Positions 26,465 to 35,848 of a stretch of 48,321 nucleotides of DNA are shown one piece after another; position 1 is the stretch's first letter; each line of letters starts with the position of its first letter. Origin of the DNA: Armatimonadota bacterium (GTDB taxonomy: Bacteria > Armatimonadota > UBA10988). Made by a program: the position numbers and the translations under genes. The notes under the pieces are model-generated. The model was not told where the DNA came from, ran no database searches, and saw only the letters and a program-made list of their open reading frames with translations. Where the stretch lies: assembly GCA_016235455.1 (NCBI GenBank), contig JACRKZ010000002.1, positions 1-48,321 on the forward strand, written 5' to 3'.

Positions 26465-26950
26465 TCACTTCGTCGCACGCCGCACGTCGTCCTCGCTGAC
26501 AATGCCGCCGGCTTCGGCAGGCTGCACGTCGGCCAGTTCGATGCCCAGTTCGCGCGCCAGCCGGCGCGCGGCGGGCGTGGCGCGGACGCGGCCGCCAGCG
26601 GCGGCTGACGGCGTCGAGGCCGAGGCGCTGACGTCGATGGTCACCTCGAGCTTGGCGCGGTGCTCGGCCAGGAGGCGTTCGTTGTCCGCGGTGGGGTCGA
26701 CCAGCGCCTCGTCGGCCGCGCCGATCTGCGCCAGGACGAAGCCCACGGGGACCAGGCTGCCGGCGCTGGCCAGCAGCCGGCGTACGGTGCCGCCAACGGG
26801 GCTCTCGTACTCGAAGGTCACCTTGTCAGTGATCAACTCGACGAACTTGGCCCCCGGCTCAATGACGTCGCCCACGGCCACCAGCCAGGCTCCGACGGTG
26901 GCCTCCTCCATGTTGGCGTCCACCTTCTCCAGCGCCACGTTGTGCACCAT
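26465..26950 (-). CDS. Stand-alone lipoyl-domain + E3-binding (PSBD) protein
   Basis: Lipoyl motif ELITDKVTFEYESPVGG and PSBD RATPAARRLARELGIELADV. No acyltransferase catalytic domain follows. Confidence 0.85.
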   Translation of the reverse strand: MVHNVALEKVDANMEEATVGAWLVAVGDVIEPGAKFVELITDKVTFEYESPVGGTVRRLLASAGSLVPVGFVLAQIGAADEALVDPTADNERLLAEHRAKLEVTIDVSASASTPSAAAGGRVRATPAARRLARELGIELADVQPAEAGGIVSEDDVRRATK

Positions 26951-28084
26951 CTAGCTGCTCTCCCGGCCCAGCGCACGAGCGTAGAACGCCTCATAGCGCG
27001 GCACGACCACTTTGGTATCGAACCACTCCACCGCCCGTCGGCGACCGGCCTCGGCCATGGCGCGACGACGGTCGGTGTCCTGCAGCAGGGCGATCTGCGC
27101 CTCCGCCAAGGCTTCGACGTCGCCCGGCGTGGTGAGGGTCCCCGTTTCGCCGTGGGCCACAAGCTCGGGCAGGCCGCCCACCCGCGGCGCCACCACGGCC
27201 ACGCCGCAGCTCATCGCCTCCAGCGTGGACATGCCGAAGCTCTCCTGCTCCGAGGCCATGACGAACAGGTCGGCGCAGCCCAGATAGGGCGCCACGTCGT
27301 CCTGCCGGCCCAGGAAGGTCACCTTGCAGCCGATGCCCAGCTCACTCGCCAGACGCGTGGCCTCATCCTTCTCCGGACCGTCACCGACGATGACCAGCCG
27401 CGCGTCGGTCGCCGCCGTGACCGCCTGGTGCGCGCGGACGATGTCGAAGACGCGCTTGATCGGCCGCAGGTTGCTCACGTGCATGACCATCAGTTCGCGG
27501 TCGCCGCAGGTGATCATGTCACGCAGTTGCGGGCACTTGCAGGGCCGAAAATGGTCTGTGTCGACGAAGTTGTGGATCACTTCCACCGGTCGCTTCAGGC
27601 CCAGGTCGGCCTCGCTGGCCTCGGCCAGATTCTGCGAGACGGCGGACACGGCGTCGGACTCGTTGATCGAGAAGCGCACGATGTGACGGTACGACGGGTC
27701 GAGGCCGACCAGTCGGGTGTCGGTGCCGTGCAGCGTCGTGGCCACCTTCACATCGCACTCGCAGCTCATGCGCGCCAGGTAGGCAGCGGTGGAATGTGGG
27801 ATGGCGTAGTGGGCGTGGATGACGTCCAGCCCGTACCGCTCCGTGACCTCAGCCAGCCGCGTGGCCAGCGCCAGCACATACGGAGTGGACTGGAACACCG
27901 GATAGGGCATCGGCGTGACCTGGTGGAACCAGACGCGTTCGCCGAGCTCATCGACCCTGAACGGCACGTCGTTGGTGACGAAGTGCACCTCGTGGCCGTT
28001 GCGCGCGAGCGCCTTGCCGAGTTCGGCGGCGACCACGCCGCTGCCACCCACGCCAGGGAAACAGGTGATGCCTATGCGTAGCAC
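26951..28084 (-). CDS. bshA: N-acetyl-alpha-D-glucosaminyl L-malate synthase (GT4)
   Basis: RIGITCFPGVGGSGVVAAELG, HAHYAIPH, TTLHGTD, HVSNLRPIKR and ESFGMSTLEAM. GTG start at 28084. Confidence 0.88.
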   Translation of the reverse strand: MLRIGITCFPGVGGSGVVAAELGKALARNGHEVHFVTNDVPFRVDELGERVWFHQVTPMPYPVFQSTPYVLALATRLAEVTERYGLDVIHAHYAIPHSTAAYLARMSCECDVKVATTLHGTDTRLVGLDPSYRHIVRFSINESDAVSAVSQNLAEASEADLGLKRPVEVIHNFVDTDHFRPCKCPQLRDMITCGDRELMVMHVSNLRPIKRVFDIVRAHQAVTAATDARLVIVGDGPEKDEATRLASELGIGCKVTFLGRQDDVAPYLGCADLFVMASEQESFGMSTLEAMSCGVAVVAPRVGGLPELVAHGETGTLTTPGDVEALAEAQIALLQDTDRRRAMAEAGRRRAVEWFDTKVVVPRYEAFYARALGRESS

Positions 28085-28168
28085 GATTCGCCCATCCTGC
28101 CAGCCAGCCGAGCCGCCGGCCGGGTCTGAGTATAGCCCGGTGGCCGCCGACTGTGCTACAACATTGGC

Positions 28169-28552
28169 ATGTTGACCGAACACGCCCAACTCGTTACCTG
28201 GTGCCTGGGCTTGTTGGCCACGGCCACGCTCACCGGACTGGGCATCATGCTGCGCCAGTGGCAAGCCGGCCGCCTGGTCATTGACCGGCGCCAACTGCGC
28301 GTGCGCCTCACCGGCGGGCTGGTGCTGCTGGCCATCTGGGTGCTTCTGGGCGCTCTGCTGGTGGGCATTGATCCGCTCAGCCAGCGACGGCCCTGGGTCG
28401 GCTGCTTCGGTGCCGTGCTGCTGCTGTGCGTGCTGCTGCTCATGCTGGCCATGCTCGACATGCGCCTGCTGGTGCTCAACCGCTTGCGGGCCGAGTCGCG
28501 CCTGGCCTCCGAGACCGCCAAGCTCTGGAAGCAGGGCCGCGATGGCTCCTAG
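28169..28552 (+). CDS. Hypothetical three-TM membrane protein
   Basis: Three hydrophobic segments; overlaps the ribD start. Confidence 0.6.
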   Translation: MLTEHAQLVTWCLGLLATATLTGLGIMLRQWQAGRLVIDRRQLRVRLTGGLVLLAIWVLLGALLVGIDPLSQRRPWVGCFGAVLLLCVLLLMLAMLDMRLLVLNRLRAESRLASETAKLWKQGRDGS

Positions 28553-29627
28553 CGAAGCCATGGCGCGCGCGCTGGCGCTGGCCGAACTCGCGCACGGCCG
28601 CACATCGCCCAACCCCGTGGTCGGTTCGGTCATCGTGGCCGACGGCAAGGTGGTCGGCGAGGGCTACCACCACGGGCCGGGCCAGCCCCATGCCGAGCGC
28701 GAAGCCCTGGCCGCGGCGGGTGACAAGGCACGTGGCGCCACGCTCTATTGCACGCTCGAGCCCTGCTGCCACCATGGGCGCACACCGCCGTGCACCGACG
28801 GCATCATCGCCGCCGGGGTGACGCGTGTGGTGTTCGGTGTGCTCGACGCAGACCCCAAGGTCGCCGGCCGCGGCGCCGCGCAACTGCGGGCCGCAGGCAT
28901 CGACGTGGAGCACGGCCTGTTGGCCCCCGAGATCGGGCGTCAGTTGGGCGCCTATCTGCATCACCGCCGCACGGGCCGGCCGCTGGTCACCGCCAAGTGG
29001 GCCATGACCCTCGACGGCAAGCTGGCCACCGCCACCGGCGACAGCCGCTGGGTCAGCGGGCCGACGGCACGGCACATGGTCCACGAGTTGCGTGACCATG
29101 TCGATGCCGTGCTGGTTGGCTCGGGCACGGTGCTGGCGGACGATCCCAGCCTGACGGTACGGCTTGACCATCCCAGCCGCCCGACCCGCAACCCGCTACG
29201 CGTAGTGGTGGACACCCACGGGCGCGTGCCGGCCACGGCGCGGCTGTTTGGCGATGGCGAAGCGCCCACGCTGCTGGTCGTCGGAGCCTCCTGCCCGGTG
29301 ACCGAGCGCGGTCAGGCCGAGGTGCTGCGGTTGCCCGAGCGCGACGGCCATGTCGACCTCACGGCGCTGCTGACGGCGCTGGGCGAGCGCGGCATCGTGG
29401 AGTTGCTGTGTGAGGCCGGCGGCGGCCTGACCGGCGCGCTGCTGCGAGCCGGCCTGATCGATCGCGTCATGGCGATCATCGCGCCCAAGCTGGTGGGTGG
29501 CGACGGCCCGACGCCGTGGGACGGTGCCGGCCGGGAACCGATGTCGGCGGCGCTGCGCTTGATTGAAGTGGAGATGACGCCCGCCGGGGACGACTACGTG
29601 CTCCGCGGCCGGCTAGAGAGGGCCTGA
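28542..29627 (+). CDS. ribD: Riboflavin biosynthesis deaminase/reductase
   Basis: PNPVVG, HAE, TLEPCCHHGRTPPC, TLDGKLAT, DDPSLT and EAGGGL. Confidence 0.95.
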   Translation: MAPSEAMARALALAELAHGRTSPNPVVGSVIVADGKVVGEGYHHGPGQPHAEREALAAAGDKARGATLYCTLEPCCHHGRTPPCTDGIIAAGVTRVVFGVLDADPKVAGRGAAQLRAAGIDVEHGLLAPEIGRQLGAYLHHRRTGRPLVTAKWAMTLDGKLATATGDSRWVSGPTARHMVHELRDHVDAVLVGSGTVLADDPSLTVRLDHPSRPTRNPLRVVVDTHGRVPATARLFGDGEAPTLLVVGASCPVTERGQAEVLRLPERDGHVDLTALLTALGERGIVELLCEAGGGLTGALLRAGLIDRVMAIIAPKLVGGDGPTPWDGAGREPMSAALRLIEVEMTPAGDDYVLRGRLERA

Positions 29628-30307
29628 TGTTCACTGGTATCGTCGAGGAGATCGGCACGCTCGAACGCGTCGAGCAGCGCGGCAATCTGTCGCGGCTGTG
29701 GTTCCGCGGAGCAACCGTCCTCTCGGACGCGCGGCTCGGCGACAGCATCGCGCACAACGGCGTCTGCCTGACCATCGCCGAACTCAAGCCGCCGCTGTAC
29801 GGTTGCGATGTCATGGCCGAGACGCTGCGCGTGACCACGTTGGGCGCCTTGCGCGCGGGAAGCCGCGTCAATCTGGAGCGCGCCATGGCGGCCGGCGGGC
29901 GCTTTGGCGGGCACATCGTGCAGGGCCATGTGGACGGCGTCGGCACCATTGAGCGCATCGACAGGCTCGATCAGTGGATCGTCTATCGTCTCAGCGCGCC
30001 CGACACGGTGCAGCCGTATGTGGTGCGCAAGGGGTCGGTCACCATCGACGGCATCAGCCTGACCGTGGTGGATGCGGATGCCGAGGGCTTTACGGTAAGC
30101 CTGATTCCTCATACCCTTGGAGTTACGACGCTCGGCGAACGCAAGGTAGGCGACCGCGTCAACCTGGAGGCCGATGTGCTGGCCAGATACGTCGTGGCCA
30201 CGCTGGCCCGGCTGTCGGGCCGGAGCGCCGACGAGAGTGCCGCCACCAGTCCACAGGCCGGCTCCGGCATGACCTGGACCTGGCTGGCCGAGCACGGTTT
30301 TGGGTAG
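29627..30307 (+). CDS. ribE: Riboflavin synthase
   Basis: MFTGIVEE, NGVCLT, VNLERA, GGHIVQGHVD and VNLEAD. Confidence 0.95.
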   Translation: MFTGIVEEIGTLERVEQRGNLSRLWFRGATVLSDARLGDSIAHNGVCLTIAELKPPLYGCDVMAETLRVTTLGALRAGSRVNLERAMAAGGRFGGHIVQGHVDGVGTIERIDRLDQWIVYRLSAPDTVQPYVVRKGSVTIDGISLTVVDADAEGFTVSLIPHTLGVTTLGERKVGDRVNLEADVLARYVVATLARLSGRSADESAATSPQAGSGMTWTWLAEHGFG

Positions 30308-30313
30308 GCCATT

Positions 30314-31558
30314 GTGACGCCAGAGCAGCCGATTCGATTGGACAAGGTGGTCGACGCCATCGCCGCGGTGCGCGCCGGGCAGATGGTCGTCGTCGTCGAC
30401 GACGAGGACCGCGAGAACGAGGGCGACCTCGTCGCCGCCGCCGAACTCGTCACGCCGCAGACCATCAACTTCATGGAGACCCATGGTCGGGGCCTGCTGT
30501 GCGCGCCGGTCACCCGCGAGCGCATCGCCGAGTTGAACATCCCCATCATCACCCACGGCAAGCGCGAGCAGTTCGCCTGCACGTACGCGCTGCCGGTGGA
30601 CGCCGCCGAGGACGTGACCACGGGCATCTCGGCCACCGACCGCTCGGTGACCATCCGCCGGCTGGCCGACCCCGCGGCCGGTGCCGACGCTTTCGTCCAT
30701 GGTGGCCATGTGCAGCCCATCGTCGGCGTGCCCGGGGGTGTGTTGCGCCGGTCGGGCCACACCGAGGCCACGCTCGACCTGGCCCGGCTGGCGGGCCTGC
30801 GACCCGCCGCGGTACTGTGCGAGGTCAAGCGCGACGACGGCGAGATGATGCGTCTGCCCGAACTCCGCGAGTTCGCCGACCGCCACGGGCTGCTGCTCAT
30901 CTCCATCGCCGACCTCATCGAGCATCGCCGGCGCAATGAGCTGCTGGTGCGCCGCGTGACCACGGTGCACATGCCCACCGAGGCCGGTGAGTTCGACTGC
31001 GTGGCCTACGAGAGCGTCATCGACGGCAGCCCGTTCGTGGCCCTGGTTAAGGGTGAGATCGACCCCAACGTGCCAGTCCTGGTGCGCATGCACTCGGAGT
31101 GCCTGACCGGCGATGCGCTGCTGTCGCGCCGCTGCGACTGCGGCAAGCAGTTGCGCGCGGCGCTCGACCGCATCGAGCAGGAGGGCCACGGCGTGCTGGT
31201 CTATGTGCGTCAGGAGGGCCGCGGCATCGGCTTGATCAACAAGCTGCGGGCTTACGCGCTGCAGGACGGCGGCCTGGACACGGTGGAGGCCAACCTGCAC
31301 CTGGGCTTCCCGGCCGACCTGCGCGAGTACGGGCTCGGCGCTCAGGTACTGCTCGATCTGGGCGTGCAGAAGATGCGCCTGATGACCAACAACCAGCGCA
31401 AGATCGTCGGTCTGCAAGGCTATGGACTGGAAGTGGTGGAGCGCGTGCCCCTGGTCACCGAAGTGACCGAGGACAACCAGCGCTACCTGGATACCAAGCG
31501 CCGCAAGCTGGGCCATTTCCTGCCCCACTTGGACGATGAGGAGCAAGTCGATGGGTAA
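30314..31558 (+). CDS. ribBA: Bifunctional DHBP synthase / GTP cyclohydrolase II
   Basis: [30 protein letters not shown] and [15 protein letters not shown]. Confidence 0.95.
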   Translation: MTPEQPIRLDKVVDAIAAVRAGQMVVVVDDEDRENEGDLVAAAELVTPQTINFMETHGRGLLCAPVTRERIAELNIPIITHGKREQFACTYALPVDAAEDVTTGISATDRSVTIRRLADPAAGADAFVHGGHVQPIVGVPGGVLRRSGHTEATLDLARLAGLRPAAVLCEVKRDDGEMMRLPELREFADRHGLLLISIADLIEHRRRNELLVRRVTTVHMPTEAGEFDCVAYESVIDGSPFVALVKGEIDPNVPVLVRMHSECLTGDALLSRRCDCGKQLRAALDRIEQEGHGVLVYVRQEGRGIGLINKLRAYALQDGGLDTVEANLHLGFPADLREYGLGAQVLLDLGVQKMRLMTNNQRKIVGLQGYGLEVVERVPLVTEVTEDNQRYLDTKRRKLGHFLPHLDDEEQVDG

Positions 31559-32024
31559 GACGTTCGAGGGCTCGCTGCTGGGCCACGGCCTCAAAGTGGC
31601 CGTGGTGGTGGCACGCTTCAATGAGCTGATCACCAGCAAACTGCTGGGCGGCTGCCGCGACGGCCTGGAGCGCCACGGTGTCAGCGCCGACGACATCGAC
31701 GTGGCCTGGGTGCCCGGCTCGTGGGAGATCGCGCTGGTGGCCGACAAGTTGGCCTGCTCGGGCCGCTACGACGCGGTGATCTGCCTGGGCGCGGTCATCC
31801 GCGGCGGCACCCCACACTTCGACTATGTTGCCGGCGAGACCAGCAAGGGCGTCGCGCAGGCCGGCCTCAAGTCGGGCAAGCCGGTCGTCTTCGGTGTGTT
31901 GACCACCAACACCATCGACGAGGCCATCGAGCGCGCCGGCACCAAGATGGGCAACAAGGGCTTCGACGCCGCCGTGGGCGCCATCGAAATGGCCAACCTG
32001 TTGCGCACCATCGACCAAGGCTAG
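31551..32024 (+). CDS. ribH: 6,7-dimethyl-8-ribityllumazine synthase
   Basis: [31 protein letters not shown] and [11 protein letters not shown]. Confidence 0.97.
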   Translation: MGKTFEGSLLGHGLKVAVVVARFNELITSKLLGGCRDGLERHGVSADDIDVAWVPGSWEIALVADKLACSGRYDAVICLGAVIRGGTPHFDYVAGETSKGVAQAGLKSGKPVVFGVLTTNTIDEAIERAGTKMGNKGFDAAVGAIEMANLLRTIDQG

Positions 32025-32052
32025 CCGCCGCTATCGGCGACAGGGGATTGTC

Positions 32053-32959
32053 ATGGGCGCCACACCCCGCGTACGCTACGGCCTCGTCATCGTGCTCGCC
32101 ACCGCCTTCGGCTTCGCCGCGGGCGTGGTAGGCTTCGCCGCCGCCATGGTCTATGGCCCACGGCTGGGCCTGCGGACGGCAGCGGCACCCCCGGCCGCGG
32201 CGGCCACGCCCACCGCCGATGCCCACGGCGCGCGCATTGCCACGGCGGTGAAGCGCATCGAACCGGCAGTGGTCACCATCGATACCTTCCAGAGCGGTGA
32301 GCGCGTCGTGCCGCCGCTGCTGCGCGACTTCCTAGGCGACACACCGGACCTGGGCGAGATGCCGCGCGGCTCCGGCTCCGGATTCATCGTCGACGCCCGC
32401 GAGGGCCATGTGGTCACCAACCAGCACGTCCGTGGGTCGCAGCATGGTCGCCGGCGGCCGCGAGTACCGCAACCTGGTGCAGACCGACGCGGCCATCAAC
32501 ATGGGCAACTCCGGCGGTCCCCTGTGCGACATCGAGGGTCGTGTGATCGGCGTCAATTCGGCCATCTTCTCGCTCACCGGCACCAACCTGGGCATCGGCT
32601 TCGCCATCCCCATCGACGACGCCATGGGCATCGCGCGTAACCTCATCGCCCACGGCGGGGTGCCGTGGCTGGGTGTGTCACTGCTGGACCTGACGCCCGA
32701 GTTGGCCAAGACGCACGGTCTGAGCGCCGACCACGGCGTTCTGGTGCGTGACGCCATCGCCGGCGGGCCCGCCGCCAAGGCCGGGGTGCAGGCGCGCGAC
32801 CTGCTGGTCAGCGTGGATGGCAAGCCGGTGAAGTCCACCGCCGAGCTCAACCAGATCGTGCTGGGCACGACGATCGGCCGCGAGACGCCGCTGGTCATCC
32901 GCCGTGAAGGCAAGGAGCTCACCTTGCGTTTGACGATTGGCGCGAGGCCCATGCAATGA
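32053..32959 (+). pseudogene. HtrA/DegP-like trypsin-PDZ protease, frameshifted with an internal deletion near 32430
   Basis: One frame has a TM segment, GSGSGFIV and VVTNQHV. Another frame resumes directly with [15 protein letters not shown] and a PDZ domain. The catalytic Asp region is missing. Confidence 0.8.
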
Positions 32960-33645
32960 GGTTCCGAACGGCATTCCTGGGGGCACTGATGGTCGGCGCC
33001 GCGTTGGTCTGCGGCTGCGCCAAGTACCCCGGCGACGCCGTGGTCACCCGGCGGTTGCTGGACATGCGCATGACGCTGCGCGGCGTGCCGGACGTCAATG
33101 CCTACTACCTCTTCGTCCTCGACACCAACGGCCGCGGCGCCGACGGTCCGCAGGTCATCGCGCCGCTGACGCCATTCCTGGGCAACGGCCGCGCCACGGG
33201 CGCCTACACCTACTACGTCGAGTACCACCAGGGCCGCTTCGAGCTGTTTCGCGACCAGCCGGAGGTGCAAGGCGTGACACCACCACCGCGCGAAGCGTTG
33301 GGCGAACCGTTCGCCTTCGACGACAGCAGTTCGTCGGGCAGCCTGCGCTGCACGCTCGACCTGACCCAGTTGCGCCCGGTCAGCACCGACCCGTCCCCCA
33401 CGCAGGTGGAGCTGAACCTGATCACCGTCAACGAGATCGTGTTGCCGGGCGAGACACCGCCGGTGCCGCGGCAGAGCGACGGCCTGGGCGCTGACGGCAA
33501 CACCTTCCTCGTGCTGCGCATGGAGAACGGCCTGCAGGTGAACAACAATGGCACCGAAGGCGCCGGCGAGGTGTTCGGCGGCCGGCAGTTGGACGCCGCC
33601 TACGACATTGTGGACTTCTCGGTGGCCGTGCGCGATGGCAACTAG
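32956..33645 (+). CDS. Hypothetical lipoprotein
   Basis: Signal peptide ending in a lipobox-like VCGC; ATGA-coupled to the htrA 3' end. Confidence 0.7.
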   Translation: MRFRTAFLGALMVGAALVCGCAKYPGDAVVTRRLLDMRMTLRGVPDVNAYYLFVLDTNGRGADGPQVIAPLTPFLGNGRATGAYTYYVEYHQGRFELFRDQPEVQGVTPPPREALGEPFAFDDSSSSGSLRCTLDLTQLRPVSTDPSPTQVELNLITVNEIVLPGETPPVPRQSDGLGADGNTFLVLRMENGLQVNNNGTEGAGEVFGGRQLDAAYDIVDFSVAVRDGN

Positions 33646-33689
33646 TTGCCAATGAATCTGGTGATGTTGCGAAAATAACGCAGATTCAT

Positions 33690-33719
33690 TGGACATCGCC
33701 GCTGCGAGCGTGGTACGCT
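33690..33719 (+). promoter_or_regulatory. Candidate promoter for the RRM gene
   Basis: TGGACA-N18-TACGCT with an extended TGn. The -35 overlaps one arm of a 12-bp inverted repeat. Confidence 0.45.
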
Positions 33720-33908
33720 ACTCGAACCGTCTCCGAAGCAGACCGGGCAGAGACCGAGTTCTCGGACAACTTCACGGCCACGTGGGCCGGCCCGGAGAAT
33801 GGGGCGACACTAGGAAGCGGCAACGGCTCTGCATCGTTGCCGAAGTTGCGTGAAGAGGGCTCGGGACCAAATCGAAAGCATGGCCGGGCTAGTTCGTGGA
33901 GAGTTTGG

Positions 33909-34445
33909 ATGTCCAAGAAGTTGTTCGTCGGCGGGTTGGCCTGGGAGACGGATAGTGCCCGGCTGCAAGAGGCCTTCGAACCGTACGGTACCGTGGAGCA
34001 GGCGGTCGTTATCACCGATCGTGAGACCGGTCGCTCGCGCGGTTTCGGCTTCGTGACCTACACCGAAGAGAGCATGGCCGATGAGGCCCTGCAGGCCATG
34101 AACGGCAAGGAGCTCGACGGTCGTCGGCTGCGCGTCGACAAGGCCGAAGAGAAGGGCGACGGCGCTCGCCGCGGTGGTAGCGGCGGTGGCTACGGTGGCG
34201 GCGGTGGCCGCAGCGGTGGCGGCGGCTACGGCGGTGGCGGCGGTGGCGGCTACGGCGGTGGCGGCGGTCGCAGCGGTGGCGGCTACGGCGGTGGCGGTGG
34301 CTACGGCGGTGGCGGCGGTGGCCGCGGCGGCTTCAGCGACTTCGGCGCCGGCGCTGCCGGTGGTGCGGCTCCGAGCCGTGATGGTGGCCGCGCTCCGCGC
34401 GACCGCGATCGCGACCGCGATCGCCGCAGCCGCTGGGACGACTAG
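33909..34445 (+). CDS. RRM RNA-binding protein with glycine-rich tail
   Basis: RNP2 KLFVGGL, RNP1 RGFGFV, and GGGY repeats. GGAGAG RBS. Confidence 0.93.
   Translation: MSKKLFVGGLAWETDSARLQEAFEPYGTVEQAVVITDRETGRSRGFGFVTYTEESMADEALQAMNGKELDGRRLRVDKAEEKGDGARRGGSGGGYGGGGGRSGGGGYGGGGGGGYGGGGGRSGGGYGGGGGYGGGGGGRGGFSDFGAGAAGGAAPSRDGGRAPRDRDRDRDRRSRWDD
34171..34332 (+). repeat. Low-complexity GGC/GGT codon repeat encoding ([11 protein letters not shown])n
   Basis: Repeated ggcggtggcggctac and ggtggccgcagc units. Confidence 0.85.
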
Positions 34446-34474
34446 TCTTAGCCCACAGGTTTGACCTGTTCGTG

Positions 34475-34513
34475 GAAGCCCCGGATGACCGCAAGGTTGT
34501 CCGGGGCTTTCTC
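34475..34513 (+). terminator. Intrinsic terminator of the RRM gene
   Basis: Long stem gaagccccggatgacc / ggttgtccggggcttt with a GCAA tetraloop, ending in a T-rich stretch. Confidence 0.75.
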
Positions 34514-34542
34514 GTCGATCGTGGTCGGACGGCCGCCCAAAG

Positions 34543-34576
34543 CCATGCGGCCACGGCGATGGCCGTGGCCGCATGG
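34543..34576. terminator. Second hairpin, probably terminating sucC
   Basis: 15-bp perfect stem ccatgcggccacggc / gccgtggccgcatgg. Confidence 0.55.
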
Positions 34577-34620
34577 GGCAACTGGATGATGGCGTGCCGT
34601 GCTCCGCGTGTGGTGCGCGC

Positions 34621-35796
34621 CTAGCCGGCCGCTACCGCCTGCACGATGGCCTCCGCTGCCGCGCTGAACTCCACGAACGGCTGGAACCGGCCGTCCTCGG
34701 CCAGAAGCGCCCTACCCGCCTCCTCGTTGGTGCCGGTCAGCCGCACCACCAGGGGCAGCTTCAGGTCGACATGCTCAGCGGCGTCGAGCAGGCCCTTGGC
34801 CACCTCGTCGCAGCGGGTGATGCCGCCAAAGATGTTGAGGAACACGCCCCGCACATCGGGGTTCAGCAGCACCACCTCGAGCGCCTGACGCACCACTTCC
34901 GACCGCGCGCCGCCGCCGAGGTCCAGGAAGTTGGCGGGGCCCACCCCGAACGGCCGGCCCACGCGCGACACTTCGTCCAGCGTACCCATGACCAGGCCGG
35001 CACCGTTGCCGATGATGGCGATAGCCGGCGCGGAGCCGCGCAGGTTCTCGGCGCTCAGCCGCACGTACTGCAGGCCGCGGCGGTGCGCTTCAGCCTCGAT
35101 GGGATCTTCCTCGGCATCGTCGGCCCAGGCCGACCACTCGGGATGGCGGAACTGCGCGCTGTCGTCCAGGTTGATCTTGGCGTCGGCGGCGACGACGCGC
35201 CCGTCGCCACAGAGCACCAGCGGGTTGATCTCAGCCAGGCTGGCATCGATCTCGCCATAGGCCTTGGACAGCGCCATGACGATGGCCGTGGCCGCGCGCT
35301 GCGAGCCAGCCGGCACACCCGCCTGGCAGAGCACCTTGGTCACCTGGAAGGGCTGGAGGCCGAAGGCAGGATCGATGGGCTCGCGCAGCACCTTCTCGGG
35401 CGTCGAGGCGGCGACCTCCTCGATGTCGATGCCGCCCGCCGCGGAGATGATGAGCACGTTGCAGCGGCGCGCGCGGTCGAGCGTGATGCCCAGGTAGTAC
35501 TCGGCGGCGATATCGATCGCCTCCTCGACCAGCACCTTCTCCACCACCAGGCCCTTGATGGTCATGCCCAGGATGGCCTCGCCCGCGGCTCGGGCTTCGG
35601 CCACGTCGCGCGCCAGCTTCACGCCGCCGGCCTTGCCGCGTCCGCCGGCATGGACCTGCGCCTTGACCACGCACGGCCGGGCCAGGCGGGCAGCGATGGC
35701 GGCGACTTCGTCCGGCGTGGACGCCACCTCACCCTCGGGCAGCGGCACGGCGTAACGACTAAGCAGCTGCTTGGCCTGGTACTCGTGAATCTTCAT
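34621..35796 (-). CDS. sucC: Succinate--CoA ligase beta subunit
   Basis: MKIHEYQAK, KAQVHAGGRGKAGGV, EINPL, GNGAGL, PANFLDLGGG, NIFGGITRCD and RLTGTN. Confidence 0.95.
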   Translation of the reverse strand: MKIHEYQAKQLLSRYAVPLPEGEVASTPDEVAAIAARLARPCVVKAQVHAGGRGKAGGVKLARDVAEARAAGEAILGMTIKGLVVEKVLVEEAIDIAAEYYLGITLDRARRCNVLIISAAGGIDIEEVAASTPEKVLREPIDPAFGLQPFQVTKVLCQAGVPAGSQRAATAIVMALSKAYGEIDASLAEINPLVLCGDGRVVAADAKINLDDSAQFRHPEWSAWADDAEEDPIEAEAHRRGLQYVRLSAENLRGSAPAIAIIGNGAGLVMGTLDEVSRVGRPFGVGPANFLDLGGGARSEVVRQALEVVLLNPDVRGVFLNIFGGITRCDEVAKGLLDAAEHVDLKLPLVVRLTGTNEEAGRALLAEDGRFQPFVEFSAAAEAIVQAVAAG

Positions 35797-35848
35797 CTCG
35801 ACACCGCCTCGCCAACCAGTGTGACACGATCCGCGGGGGCAGTCAGGT

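Noticed and set aside
28085-28168. FMN riboswitch before the rib operon
   Set aside because: The divergent gap is only about 84 bp and lacks RFN consensus sequences.
29594-31747. Long antisense or alternate-frame ORFs (also 34573-36075, 36470-38203, 38321-40579, 17399-18973, 8798-10456)
   Set aside because: These are shadow ORFs expected in very GC-rich DNA; they overlap well-supported genes and show no domain motifs.
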